DNA of 64,000 bases from an uncultured Acidimicrobiales bacterium (GTDB lineage Bacteria; Actinomycetota; Acidimicrobiia; Acidimicrobiales; UBA10347), in contig CALDYC010000067.1 in NCBI GenBank assembly GCA_937941245.1, forward strand, positions 1,184-65,183, in the 5' to 3' direction. Made by a program: the position numbers and the translations under genes. This document shows, piece by piece, positions 54,738 to 64,000 of this stretch (within the stretch, counting starts at the first letter, position 1; each line of letters opens with the position of its first letter). The notes under the pieces were generated by a model. It saw only the letters and a list, made by a program, of their open reading frames with translations. It did not search any database and was not told the DNA's origin.

Positions 54738-56513
54738 TCACTCGTCTTCGCTGGTCGCTGAATCGCCCGGCGCCGCGGCGTCTGCCCCGGCGGCGTCTTC
54801 TGCGTGTGCGTCGTCAACTGCAGGTGTTGCCTGGTCGGACGCATCAGCAACAGCAGGCTCTGGCTCGGCGGCAGCAGCAGCCGCAGCTGCTTCGTCGGCG
54901 GCGGTTTCGCTGGCGGGATCAGGAGCGACAGCCTGCGACATCGACAGGTCGATCGTGCGTCGCTTTTTGTCGATCTTGATGACTTTGACCCAGACCTTGT
55001 CGCCGGGAACGACGATCTCTTCAGGAGCGAACACCCGGTACTCGGCCATTTCTGAGACGTGCACCAGACCTTCGCCGCCTTCGGGAAGCTCGACAAATGC
55101 GCCGAAGTCGACCAGTCGCGAGACACTGCCTTCGAAGCGAGTGCCCTTCTTCATCGCGGTGAGAGGATCGCTGCCAGAACGCATGGAGAGCCCGAGCCGG
55201 TTCTTCGACGGTTGCACCTTGATGACCGTGACGTCGACTTCCTGGCCGACCTTCAGGTCGCGCTGAGGGTCGCGTGCTCGGCTCCAGCCGATTTCGGATT
55301 TGTGGACCAGGCCACGAACACCGTTGACGTCGACGAATGCGCCAAAGTCAGTGATTTGGGCAACGGTGCCCTTGAAGGCCTGACCGATTTCGATCGACGC
55401 CATGGTCGACTTTGCTTGTTGGCGTTGTGTTGCACGAAGCGAGGCCTTGCGGCTAACGATCAACCGAGCCTTGTTGCGGTCAGCCTCGACGACGCGAACA
55501 TCGAACGTCTGGCCGATGAGCGGCGTGAGGTCGTTGACAGTTTGCAGATCTGCAAGCGATGCAGGCATGAAGCCGCGCAGTCCACCGACGTCGAGCGACA
55601 GGCCGCCCTTGACGGTTTCGGTCACCGTTGCCGACAGGTCGGACTTATCTTTGGCTGCTGCTTCGGCTGCTTCCCAGCCGCGTTTTTGTTGGGCCCAGAG
55701 GCGGCTGAGAGTGATGCGCTTTTTGACGTCGGCGCGAGCCAGCACTGCAGCTTCGACGGTGTCGCCGGTCTTGACGACAGAGGTGAGGTCGACCTGTTCG
55801 CCTGAGTCCCAGTGGCGGTCACTGATGACACCGACCTTGCCGTCACCAAGATCCACCTCGGCCTCGCGCTTGGAGACCGTGAGGACAGTACCGGGGATGA
55901 TTTCGCCGCTTTCGAAGCCGCCGAGGTTCGGTGGGCCGAGGATGGCACCGGCGTCCGGCAGGCCCAGACCAGCATCAGGGTCGGTGTCGACAGCAGTGGC
56001 ATCGGGCGCGGCTGCGGCCGCGGCCGCAGCGGTAGCTGGCGAATCACCGACCGATGGTGTCGGAGTATTCGTCGGTGCAGGCGTCGGTGCAGGCGCGACC
56101 GCATCGGCTTCGACGTCGGCTGCGGCTTCGGTAGCTACGGCCTGGGATCCGGCATCGACAGCGTCGGCTGCGGCGTCGGATCCGGCATCGACAGGGTCAG
56201 CAGCGGCGTCGGCCACGGCTGCAACGTCGGCTTCTGCTAGTTCGGCTGGTGGCTCAGGTGCCGGTGCCGGTTCTGGCGCGGATGGGGGTGCAGGTGCATC
56301 GGCAAGAGCCTGGGCAGCTGCGGTGTCGGGTGCTTCGGCAGCGGTACCGGCTGCTGGAGCCTGAGATTCTGCGTTGGTCACGGTGTCGTGCGTGGTGGAT
56401 TCGGGAGCTGCCTCGGTTGCCGGTGCAGGCTCGGATGTGGATTCGACGACGGTGCTGTCGTCGGTCGATTCGCCGGTTGGCGTCTCGTCGGTGTTTTCGT
56501 TGGTGTCAGTCAT
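54738..56513 (-). CDS. Ribosomal protein S1-like protein (four S1 domains) with long acidic low-complexity termini
   Basis: VKGGL..GLRGFMPAS, DFGAFVDV.GVRGLVHKSE, DFGAFVEL..EGLVHVSE. Confidence 0.85.
   Translation of the reverse strand: MTDTNENTDETPTGESTDDSTVVESTSEPAPATEAAPESTTHDTVTNAESQAPAAGTAAEAPDTAAAQALADAPAPPSAPEPAPAPEPPAELAEADVAAVADAAADPVDAGSDAAADAVDAGSQAVATEAAADVEADAVAPAPTPAPTNTPTPSVGDSPATAAAAAAAAPDATAVDTDPDAGLGLPDAGAILGPPNLGGFESGEIIPGTVLTVSKREAEVDLGDGKVGVISDRHWDSGEQVDLTSVVKTGDTVEAAVLARADVKKRITLSRLWAQQKRGWEAAEAAAKDKSDLSATVTETVKGGLSLDVGGLRGFMPASLADLQTVNDLTPLIGQTFDVRVVEADRNKARLIVSRKASLRATQRQQAKSTMASIEIGQAFKGTVAQITDFGAFVDVNGVRGLVHKSEIGWSRARDPQRDLKVGQEVDVTVIKVQPSKNRLGLSMRSGSDPLTAMKKGTRFEGSVSRLVDFGAFVELPEGGEGLVHVSEMAEYRVFAPEEIVVPGDKVWVKVIKIDKKRRTIDLSMSQAVAPDPASETAADEAAAAAAAAEPEPAVADASDQATPAVDDAHAEDAAGADAAAPGDSATSEDE
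56145..56210. repeat. In-frame 33-bp tandem duplication inside the S1-like gene
   Basis: GGATCCGGCATCGACAG(C/G)GTC(G/A)GC(T/A)GCGGCGTC x2, encoding DAAAD(P/A)VDAGS. Confidence 0.85.
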
Positions 56514-56649
56514 TGTCCCAGTTGGTCCAAAGTGAGTAAGGAAGCCTCCATGGTGCCATCACTTCGGGCGCGATCGGACATCGTTTTGGCTGATCGGGCC
56601 GATGGATACACGCCAGGCAATCCGATCGCATGTGCGTTGCTCGACGAGA

Positions 56650-57576
56650 TCAGGTGCCGTGGAGGGCCTCGACCACCGGAGCGAACGCTTCCATTTGGTC
56701 CCCGTTGATCGACACAAAGCTGATACCCCAGCGCTCACGCCAGGCCTGAACAGTCTCGATGCATTGCTCAGCGCTGCCGACCAAAGCATGCGGGGACCCG
56801 AGTGCTTCTTCGGCGCTCATGCCAAGTGCCGGTGCCATCGCTGCAGCCATCGCTTCTCGATCGTCGGTGATCATCGCCAGGTGGATCCGGGTCTGAAGCT
56901 CAATCTCGTCAAACCGCTCCCCGGCGCCAGCCTTGACCCATGAGATCTTCTGGTCGGTGCGGTCAGGCGTTGCATCGGCTCCGGCCCGCTCGTCGATGAC
57001 CCCAGCGGCTAGGCCGGGGTTGATGCCGACGATGTCCGCCTGCTGGCCAGCGAGCGTGAGCATCTTCTGCTTCCCCCCTGCGAGCATGAGCGGGATACGA
57101 GGTTGGACAGGAAGAGGCGCCGACAGGGCACCCACCACGTCGTAATACTCGCCATGGAAGTCGACGTTGTCGCCCGCAAGCAATCCCCGCAGCACCGTGA
57201 CTGATTCGCCCAGTCGGGCGATCCGCACCGAGGGTTTGTCGTAGGTCAAGCCAGCCGCCTCGTAGTCGCTGGTCATCCAACCTGCGCCGATTCCGAAGTC
57301 GACACGCCCGCCAGACAATGCATCGAGACTGGCGATCTCCTTGGCGAGCACCAACGGGTGGCGGTAGTCGTTTGCAAGCACGAGCGGAAGCACGCGCAAC
57401 GTCGTCGTCGCCATGGCCGCTGCTGTGAGCGCAACCAGGGGAGCGGCCTGATCGGTGAAGTGGTCGGGCAGCGTGACTGCTGAGTAGCCAAGTGCTTCGG
57501 CTCGTCTAGCCGACTCGCCGATCTCGGAAGCACTCATGCCGCCAAGTGATGCGCTGAACCGAAATGCCTTTGTCAT
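56650..57576 (-). CDS. F420-dependent LLM-class oxidoreductase (TIGR03621-like)
   Basis: ARRAEALGY, PDH, NDYRHP, LSGGR..GIGAGW. Confidence 0.88.
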   Translation of the reverse strand: MTKAFRFSASLGGMSASEIGESARRAEALGYSAVTLPDHFTDQAAPLVALTAAAMATTTLRVLPLVLANDYRHPLVLAKEIASLDALSGGRVDFGIGAGWMTSDYEAAGLTYDKPSVRIARLGESVTVLRGLLAGDNVDFHGEYYDVVGALSAPLPVQPRIPLMLAGGKQKMLTLAGQQADIVGINPGLAAGVIDERAGADATPDRTDQKISWVKAGAGERFDEIELQTRIHLAMITDDREAMAAAMAPALGMSAEEALGSPHALVGSAEQCIETVQAWRERWGISFVSINGDQMEAFAPVVEALHGT

Positions 57577-57630
57577 GGTCGCAGGCTACGAGAAGCGGAC
57601 CCGGTGTCAGAGACGGCATAAGGTGCTGCC

Positions 57631-59874
57631 GTGCCGATCGAGATCCTCGACGGGCTGAATCCCGACCAGGAAGAAGCCGTTCTCCACGACTCAGGGCCGC
57701 TGCTGGTCATTGCCGGGGCGGGATCTGGTAAGACCCGCGTGCTGACCCATCGGATCGGGCGACTCATCCAGGAGCAGGGCGTCTCACCCTTTTCGATTCT
57801 GGCGATCACCTTCACCAACAAGGCCGCCAACGAGATGAAGTCTCGGGTCGAAGCGATCGTTGGATCGGTCGCACAGAAGATGTGGGTGTCGACCTTTCAC
57901 TCGGCTTGTGTCCGAATCTTGCGTCGCGAGGCTGCAACCGCTGGCTACCCGTCGTCGTTCACGATCTATGACCATGCCGATGCGGTCCGTCTGACGAGCT
58001 ATGTCCTGCGAGACCTCAACGTTGATACCAAGCGCTACCCGCCCCGAGCCGTTCATTCGGCAATCAGCGCTGCAAAGAACGAAGGTCTTGACCCCGTCGA
58101 GTACGCCGAACGGGCTGGACAGGCCTATGAACGCCGTGTCGGCGAGGTGTTCGACGAATATCAGCGGCGGCTTAAAGCCGCTGGTGCCATGGACTTCGAC
58201 GACCTGCTCAGTGTGACCGTCAGGTTGTTCCGCTCACACCCTGCGGTGCTCGAGACATGGCAACGGCGCTTCGAGCACGTGCTTGTTGATGAGTATCAAG
58301 ACACCAACCCGGTGCAGAACGAGCTGGTGTTGCAGCTCGGTGCTTCGCATCGGAATGTGTGCGTTGTTGGTGACGCGGACCAGTCGATCTACCGGTTCCG
58401 CAAAGCCGACATCCGCAACATCCTCGAATTCGAGAACGCGTTCCCCGATGCGACCACCGTCGTTCTCGAACAGAATTACCGGTCAAGCCAAACGATTCTC
58501 GACGCTGCCAACGCGGTTATCGACCACAACGCCGGGCGGGCTCCGAAGACGCTGTGGACCGAGCAGGGCCCAGGGGAGCAGATCGTTCGCTATCACGCTG
58601 AAGACGAAGGCGACGAAGCCCGCTGGGTCGCTCACGAACTTTCGCGGCTGCACGAGACCGAGCACTACCGCTGGGGCGAGATGGCGGTCTTTTACCGCAC
58701 GAACGCACAATCCCGGGTACTCGAGGAGTACCTCATGCGGGTTGGCATTCCCTACAAGGTCATCGGTGGCACACGGTTCTACGACCGCCGAGAGATCAAA
58801 GACGCAATGGCCTACCTCAAGGCCGTCGTGAACCCGATCGACGAGGTCAGTGTCAAGCGGGTACTCAACACCCCTCGTCGTGGTGTGGGCGACAGTTCCA
58901 TCGCGCGCCTCGATGTGTGGGCCCAATCACATGGGCTGTCGTTCATCGACGCACTCAAGTCAGCTCCCGAAGCGGGTGTGTCTGGCAAAGCCATCACCGG
59001 TATCAATGCGTTCCTCAACCTGTTGGCCTCGGCTGAGGATCATTTGGCCGACGGGCCCTCGGCGGTTCTCGATCACTTGCTCGACGTGTCCGGCTATCGC
59101 GGCGCGCTCGAAGCTGACCGCAGTATCGAATCTGATGGACGGTTGGAGAACCTCGGCGAACTGGTCGGCGCGGCAAACGATTTCGGCGACGTCGCCGAGT
59201 TCCTTGAACAGATCGCATTGGTCAGCGACACCGACCAGATCGATGATGAAGATGCGTCGGTCGTGCTGATGACCATGCACTCAGCCAAGGGTCTGGAATA
59301 CCCCACGGTGTTCATCCTCGGTATGGAAGACGGTGTCTTTCCGCATATTCGCAGCATCGGCGATCCCGAGGAACTCGAAGAAGAACGTCGTCTTGCCTAT
59401 GTAGGTATTACCCGCGCTGAGCAACGGTTGTACCTCACCCACGCGGCAAGCCGGACATTGTTCGGGGCCACCCAATACAACCCGCCGAGCCGGTTCCTCG
59501 ATGAGATTCCGCAAATCCTCATCAACGAAGTTGAGAGCACCGCCGGTCGACGCCGCAGCAGTTCCGCACGAGGAAGCAACCGTTGGGCCGAACATCGCGA
59601 AGCACGCGTCGAACGGGCAATGCGCGCAGGCGAACGACGAACCTCGCTGGGCACGAGCATCGCAGAGCCGACCAAGCCGGCCCGTGAACAATCAGGCGCG
59701 CACGAGATCGGCATCCGAACCGGCGACGACGTCGAACACTCGACGTGGGGCGAGGGTGTCGTATTGATGGTCGAAGGATCCGGTGACAAAGCCGAAGCAC
59801 TCGTTCGCTTCCCGACCGTGGGCGAAAAACGTGTGCTGCTGTCGTGGGCGCCTCTGAAGAAGATCGAGCGCTAA
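57631..59874 (+). CDS. pcrA: ATP-dependent DNA helicase PcrA/UvrD
   Basis: AGAGSGKT, TFTNKAA, VDEYQDTN, GDADQSIY, YRTNAQSR, HSAKGLE, EERRLAYVGITRA; C-terminal Tudor-like domain. Confidence 0.97.
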   Translation: MPIEILDGLNPDQEEAVLHDSGPLLVIAGAGSGKTRVLTHRIGRLIQEQGVSPFSILAITFTNKAANEMKSRVEAIVGSVAQKMWVSTFHSACVRILRREAATAGYPSSFTIYDHADAVRLTSYVLRDLNVDTKRYPPRAVHSAISAAKNEGLDPVEYAERAGQAYERRVGEVFDEYQRRLKAAGAMDFDDLLSVTVRLFRSHPAVLETWQRRFEHVLVDEYQDTNPVQNELVLQLGASHRNVCVVGDADQSIYRFRKADIRNILEFENAFPDATTVVLEQNYRSSQTILDAANAVIDHNAGRAPKTLWTEQGPGEQIVRYHAEDEGDEARWVAHELSRLHETEHYRWGEMAVFYRTNAQSRVLEEYLMRVGIPYKVIGGTRFYDRREIKDAMAYLKAVVNPIDEVSVKRVLNTPRRGVGDSSIARLDVWAQSHGLSFIDALKSAPEAGVSGKAITGINAFLNLLASAEDHLADGPSAVLDHLLDVSGYRGALEADRSIESDGRLENLGELVGAANDFGDVAEFLEQIALVSDTDQIDDEDASVVLMTMHSAKGLEYPTVFILGMEDGVFPHIRSIGDPEELEEERRLAYVGITRAEQRLYLTHAASRTLFGATQYNPPSRFLDEIPQILINEVESTAGRRRSSSARGSNRWAEHREARVERAMRAGERRTSLGTSIAEPTKPAREQSGAHEIGIRTGDDVEHSTWGEGVVLMVEGSGDKAEALVRFPTVGEKRVLLSWAPLKKIER

Positions 59875-59885
59875 GCCCCCGAAGC

Positions 59886-60884
59886 TCAACCGCGCTGACG
59901 CAGCACGATGAGGCGGTCGTCTGCCCGAAGGTCGGCGGGGTTGGTCTGGCCCGGAGCGAGACGCTCGTTGTCGCGGATCACCGCGACGACGGTCACATCG
60001 GCTGGCACAGTAACCGACTGGCCGGCAGAGACCGGCGCCATCTCGGTCAGCTCTAGCCCGGTTCCGGTCTCAAGGAGATCCTCAACGACCGAAACGGCTC
60101 CCGGGGTTTGGGTCGCCAGGCCGAGCATGCGTCCTACCGCGGCAGTCGCGTCGATCACCTCGTCGGCACCTCCTTGGCGCAGCAAATGCAGGTTCTCTTG
60201 CTCTCGCCCACCGACGACGATGTGGGCATCGGCGTTGAGCTCGCGAACGGTCAAGGTCACAAGCACGGCGGTGTCATCACGATTTGGCGCGACCACCACT
60301 GCGCGCGCCTGACGCACGCCGGCCTTGTCAAGAACCGCTCGCTCGGTGGCGTTGCCGCTGATGGCGACGAGTCCGTGGACGCGCGCCGACTCGAGGGCTT
60401 CGGTGTCTGGATCAACAACGACAATCTCATCGAGCGATACACCTCGGTTCCGCAACTCTCGGACGGCGCTGCGGCCGGTTGATCCGTACCCACAAACAAC
60501 GATGTGATCGTGCACGTTCTTCCTCCAACGGCGGACGGCTAGGAACTCTCGGGATTGGTCGGTTAGCACCTCAACGGTGGTCCCGACAACCAAAATCAGG
60601 AACACGATGCGTGCCGGCATGATCAGCAGAATCGTGGCAAGGCGCGCGCCGTCGCTCACGGCGGTGATGTCGCCATACCCCGTGGTGGTCACGGTGACCG
60701 ATGCGTAGTACAGCGCGTCGAGGAAACTCACGGCATCGCCGTTGCCGTCGACGTAGCCGTCCTTGTTCACCCAGGCCACAAGAGCGACGAACAAGACGAG
60801 GCCGAGAGCGAAGCTGACGCGTCGGGCGATCGCGGTCAGGGGCGCGGGCTCGCGCCGCGGCATATGTACCCGGTCGGTCGCCAT
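59886..60884 (-). CDS. Potassium channel family protein (2TM pore plus RCK/TrkA-N)
   Basis: TTTGYGD selectivity filter; HIVVCGYGSTG. Confidence 0.92.
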   Translation of the reverse strand: MATDRVHMPRREPAPLTAIARRVSFALGLVLFVALVAWVNKDGYVDGNGDAVSFLDALYYASVTVTTTGYGDITAVSDGARLATILLIMPARIVFLILVVGTTVEVLTDQSREFLAVRRWRKNVHDHIVVCGYGSTGRSAVRELRNRGVSLDEIVVVDPDTEALESARVHGLVAISGNATERAVLDKAGVRQARAVVVAPNRDDTAVLVTLTVRELNADAHIVVGGREQENLHLLRQGGADEVIDATAAVGRMLGLATQTPGAVSVVEDLLETGTGLELTEMAPVSAGQSVTVPADVTVVAVIRDNERLAPGQTNPADLRADDRLIVLRQRG

Positions 60885-60893
60885 CGTCAGAAA

Positions 60894-61436
60894 CTAGTTG
60901 TTGTGATCGGTGGACGTACCGACTTGAAATTGTGCACGGCTGCCGTCGTGAACCCGGTCGGTTGCGGCTTCGTCATCTGAACGGAAGTTCACGATAAGGC
61001 GGTCATCTTCGTCAATCGTGATCGCGTAGGTCGGTTGCCCGAAACCAGTCGCTGGAAACTCGGTGCCGTCGCAGACGTCGCGGAACTTGCCACGGTCAGC
61101 CACCCACTCGAGCTGGCAGTCATCGGTGCTTCCGTCCCGAACGAGATCGAACACATACCAACCGGTGGTCGGATCGTTGCCGAGGTGCTGGACGATGATG
61201 TTCTGACGCCCGCCAATCAGGTCGGCATAGAAAATGGGACCGTTCTCGTCGATCTCTTCGGCGAGCACGTCGACACGCCCAGCTTCGAACACGTCATCGC
61301 CAAGAGCGATTTCGACGCCGCCCCGATCGGTGACCCATAGCACCAACAGTAGGAACCCGACGGCTGCACCAACCGCACCCAGACCCAGTGCAACTGCTTT
61401 GAAGGTCTGGCGGGGATCTCGTTGTTCAACCGGCAC
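60894..61436 (-). CDS. Membrane-anchored hypothetical protein with Rieske-like remnant
   Basis: N-terminal TM; CQLEW....FRDVCDGTEF...G; start uncertain. Confidence 0.7.
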   Translation of the reverse strand: MPVEQRDPRQTFKAVALGLGAVGAAVGFLLLVLWVTDRGGVEIALGDDVFEAGRVDVLAEEIDENGPIFYADLIGGRQNIIVQHLGNDPTTGWYVFDLVRDGSTDDCQLEWVADRGKFRDVCDGTEFPATGFGQPTYAITIDEDDRLIVNFRSDDEAATDRVHDGSRAQFQVGTSTDHNN

Positions 61437-61564
61437 GGTGAGCGCTTTCGATGGGAGTGGCGTGGTCCCGAACGACCGGGACCCGCCTAGTATCACGTCG
61501 GCGCCGGTCGACTTCCCACCTCGACGCCGCGTCGACTGACCGTGTCACGACTAAGGACCTCCAG

Positions 61565-62707
61565 GTGGATTTGTTTGAGTATCAGGGCAAGCAATTCTTT
61601 GCCGAGTACGGCATGCCCATTTCGGCGGGCGAAGTTGTCTTCAGCGTTGAAGAAGCACTGGCTGCAGCCGAGCGGCTGGGTACCCCAGTCATGGTCAAGT
61701 CGCAGGTGCTGACCGGCGGCCGCGGCAAGCTCGGTGGCATCAAGTTCGCTGCCGATATCGACGCGGTGCGCGAGCACGCCACCAACATCCTCGGACTCGA
61801 CATTAAGGGCCATGTCGTCGAACGGTTGTGGATCGAAAAGGCCTCGGATATCGCCGAGGAGTACTACATGAGCTTCACGCTCGACCGAGGAGCCAAGAAA
61901 CACCTCGGCATGTTGTCGGCCGAAGGTGGCATGGATATCGAAGAAGTCGCGGCATCGACGCCCGAGAAGATCTCGAAGATCTGGGTGGACCCGGTCGACG
62001 GTCTCACCGACGAACTCGCCGCACAGTGGGTCGATGGTGCCGGTCTGAACCCCGACGCACGCGACGGCGCCATTGCGATCGCCAAGCAGCTTTACACGAG
62101 CTACACCGACGGCGATGCCGATCTCGTTGAGATCAACCCGCTGATCCTCACGCCCGAGGGCAAGGTGCACGTGCTTGACTCGAAGGTCACCCTCGACGGC
62201 AACGCCGAGTTCCGCCATCCGGACTATGCGCAATACGACGAGACGCAGACCCGTGACGACCGTGAACAAGCCGCTCATGCGAAGGGCCTGCAATATGTTG
62301 GCCTCGACGGCACCGTCGGTGTTATCGCCAACGGCGCCGGTCTCGCAATGAGCACCCTTGATGTCATCAATCAGGTCGGCGGCAAACCAGCGAACTTCCT
62401 CGACATCGGTGGCGGCGCAAATGCCGACGTTATGGCCGGCGCGCTCGAAGTCATCAACGATGACAAGAACGTCAAGGCCATCTTCATCAACATCTTCGGT
62501 GGTATCACCCGTGGCGAAGAAGTCGCCAACGGCATCCTCGAAGCAATGAAGCGCGTCAAGATCGATTCGCCGATTGTGATCCGGCTCGATGGCACCAATG
62601 CCGAAGAGGGTCGCGCAATCCTCGAACCGGCGCTTAACGACATGTTGATGATGGAAACCACCATGCTCGACGCAGCTCGCCGCTCCGCCGAACTTGCCGC
62701 CCGCTGA
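61565..62707 (+). CDS. sucC: Succinyl-CoA synthetase beta subunit
   Basis: DLFEYQGK, GGRGKLGG, EINPL, NGAGLAM, PANFLDIGGG, NIFGGI. Confidence 0.98.
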   Translation: MDLFEYQGKQFFAEYGMPISAGEVVFSVEEALAAAERLGTPVMVKSQVLTGGRGKLGGIKFAADIDAVREHATNILGLDIKGHVVERLWIEKASDIAEEYYMSFTLDRGAKKHLGMLSAEGGMDIEEVAASTPEKISKIWVDPVDGLTDELAAQWVDGAGLNPDARDGAIAIAKQLYTSYTDGDADLVEINPLILTPEGKVHVLDSKVTLDGNAEFRHPDYAQYDETQTRDDREQAAHAKGLQYVGLDGTVGVIANGAGLAMSTLDVINQVGGKPANFLDIGGGANADVMAGALEVINDDKNVKAIFINIFGGITRGEEVANGILEAMKRVKIDSPIVIRLDGTNAEEGRAILEPALNDMLMMETTMLDAARRSAELAAR

Positions 62708-62738
62708 CCCCGCCTGCTTCACGAGAAAGACTCTTCCC

Positions 62739-63623
62739 ATGGCAATCTTTGTTGACGAGAACACCAAGGTCATCTACCAGGGCCTTACCGGCCGACAGGG
62801 CAGCTACTACGGCGGCCTGAATAAGGAATACGGCACCCAGGTCGTCGCCGGCACCCACCCCAAAAAGGCTGGGACCGATGTCGATGGCGTTCCGATCTAC
62901 GCATCGGTCGCCGAGGCGGTCGAAGCAACCGGTGCAACGGCAAGCTGCATTTTCATCCCGGCTCCCGGTGTGAAAGACGCAGTCATCGAAGCAGCCGAAG
63001 GTGGCATCGAGTTCATCGTTGCGATTACCGAGGGCGTGCCCGCCCACGACGAGGCGTGGTTCTTCAACAAGCTGCAGCGCGACCACCCGAACGTGCAATT
63101 GCTCGGTCCGAACTGCCCCGGCATCATCAGCCCCGGAAAGTGCAATATCGGCATCACCGCTGGACATATCGCCAAGCCCGGGGGTCCCGTCGGCATCGTG
63201 AGTCGTTCCGGCACGCTGACCTACCAGGCACTCTACGAACTCAAGCAAAAGGACATCGGCGTGACGACCTGTGTCGGCATCGGCGGCGACCCTGTTCCGG
63301 GTACGAGCTTCATTGATTGTCTCAAAGCATTCGAAGCTGACCCCGAGACCAAGGCGATCATGATGATCGGCGAAATCGGAGGTTCAGCCGAAGAAGAAGC
63401 CGCCGAGTTCATCAAGAACAATGTGTCCAAGCCGGTATCGAGCTACGTCGCAGGTGTGACGGCACCCCCCGGAAAGAAGATGGGCCACGCCGGTGCCATC
63501 GTGTCGGGGGGCAAAGGCACCGCCGACGCCAAGATGGAGGCCCTGCGTGACGCTGGCGTGAAGGTCGGGCAGAACCCGACCGAAGCCGGTGAGCTCATGG
63601 CCGAGATCGTCGCCAACCTCTAG
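62739..63623 (+). CDS. sucD: Succinyl-CoA synthetase alpha subunit
   Basis: QGLTG, GPNCPG, SRSGTLTY, GIGGDP, MGHAGAI. Confidence 0.98.
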   Translation: MAIFVDENTKVIYQGLTGRQGSYYGGLNKEYGTQVVAGTHPKKAGTDVDGVPIYASVAEAVEATGATASCIFIPAPGVKDAVIEAAEGGIEFIVAITEGVPAHDEAWFFNKLQRDHPNVQLLGPNCPGIISPGKCNIGITAGHIAKPGGPVGIVSRSGTLTYQALYELKQKDIGVTTCVGIGGDPVPGTSFIDCLKAFEADPETKAIMMIGEIGGSAEEEAAEFIKNNVSKPVSSYVAGVTAPPGKKMGHAGAIVSGGKGTADAKMEALRDAGVKVGQNPTEAGELMAEIVANL

Positions 63624-63682
63624 GCCTTCGGCCAACTCCTTCTACTCGCATCCCAGTTCTCGATACGGAGCCTTGAACAGCC

Positions 63683-64000
63683 ATGGCGCTCGCACTTCTT
63701 TCAGTCAGCGACAAAACTGGATTGGTGCCATTTGCCGCTGGTCTGGTCGAGGTCGGCTTTGAACTCGTCAGCAGCGGCGGAACCCACAAGGCACTGACCG
63801 AGGCTGGTCTGGCGGCGCGCACCGTCGCAGAGGTCACCGGCGCAGACGAAATGCTTGACGGTCGGGTCAAGACACTGCACCCGGTGATCCACGGTGGCAT
63901 TCTGGCCAACCGTGCCCTGCCGGCTCACCTGGCCCAGCTAGCTGATCGAGGGATCGAGCCGATCGATCTCGTGGTGTCGAACCTGTACCCGTTCGTCGCT
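63683..64000 (+). CDS. purH: Bifunctional AICAR transformylase/IMP cyclohydrolase, 3'-truncated by window edge
   Basis: Own translation (absent from ORF track): [49 protein letters not shown]. Confidence 0.95.
   Translation, partial: MALALLSVSDKTGLVPFAAGLVEVGFELVSSGGTHKALTEAGLAARTVAEVTGADEMLDGRVKTLHPVIHGGILANRALPAHLAQLADRGIEPIDLVVSNLYPFVA

Noticed and set aside
61493-62773. Long antisense ORFs (also 12934-13998, 15953-16834, 55402-56364, 4625-5437)
   Set aside because: Shadow frames of well-conserved genes, expected from high-GC codon bias; no recognisable motifs
63624-63682. ZTP riboswitch upstream of purH
   Set aside because: The gap is only 59 nt and I recognise no ZTP aptamer elements

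Overview
GC-rich core-genome segment of an actinobacterium, most likely class Acidimicrobiia. This is inferred from the SecE, NusG and AtpG N-termini, the two b subunits, and the F420-LLM and TIGR03086-type genes. Gene order: purM(partial)-purN-guaB, tRNA-Trp-secE-nusG-rplKA-rplJL, rpmE(type B)-hypothetical-prfA-prmC-tsaC, a complete F1Fo ATP synthase operon, ppk2, a fused Memo/AMMECR1 gene, hydrolases, glpX, an atypical MurA-like gene, iscS-mnmA, ligA, a PASTA kinase-like gene, gatCAB, lhr, kynA, guaA, an S1-domain protein, pcrA, sucCD and purH(partial). I see no mobile element, prophage or CRISPR array, and no clearly new multi-gene system. The most interesting signals are small-scale: (i) atpG appears to start at AUU, in frame just after the atpA stop; (ii) a Rex-type operator precedes the atp operon; (iii) PafBC/RecA-NDp-like promoters precede lhr and ligA; (iv) many genes look leaderless, and a candidate leaderless uORF is coupled to guaA; (v) three apparent pseudo-enzymes (PASTA pseudokinase, degenerate Memo-AMMECR1 fusion, ligand-less Rieske-like protein); (vi) a 4x19-bp repeat spans the convergent gatB/lhr stops. 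Product calls come from motif recognition only; no searches were run.
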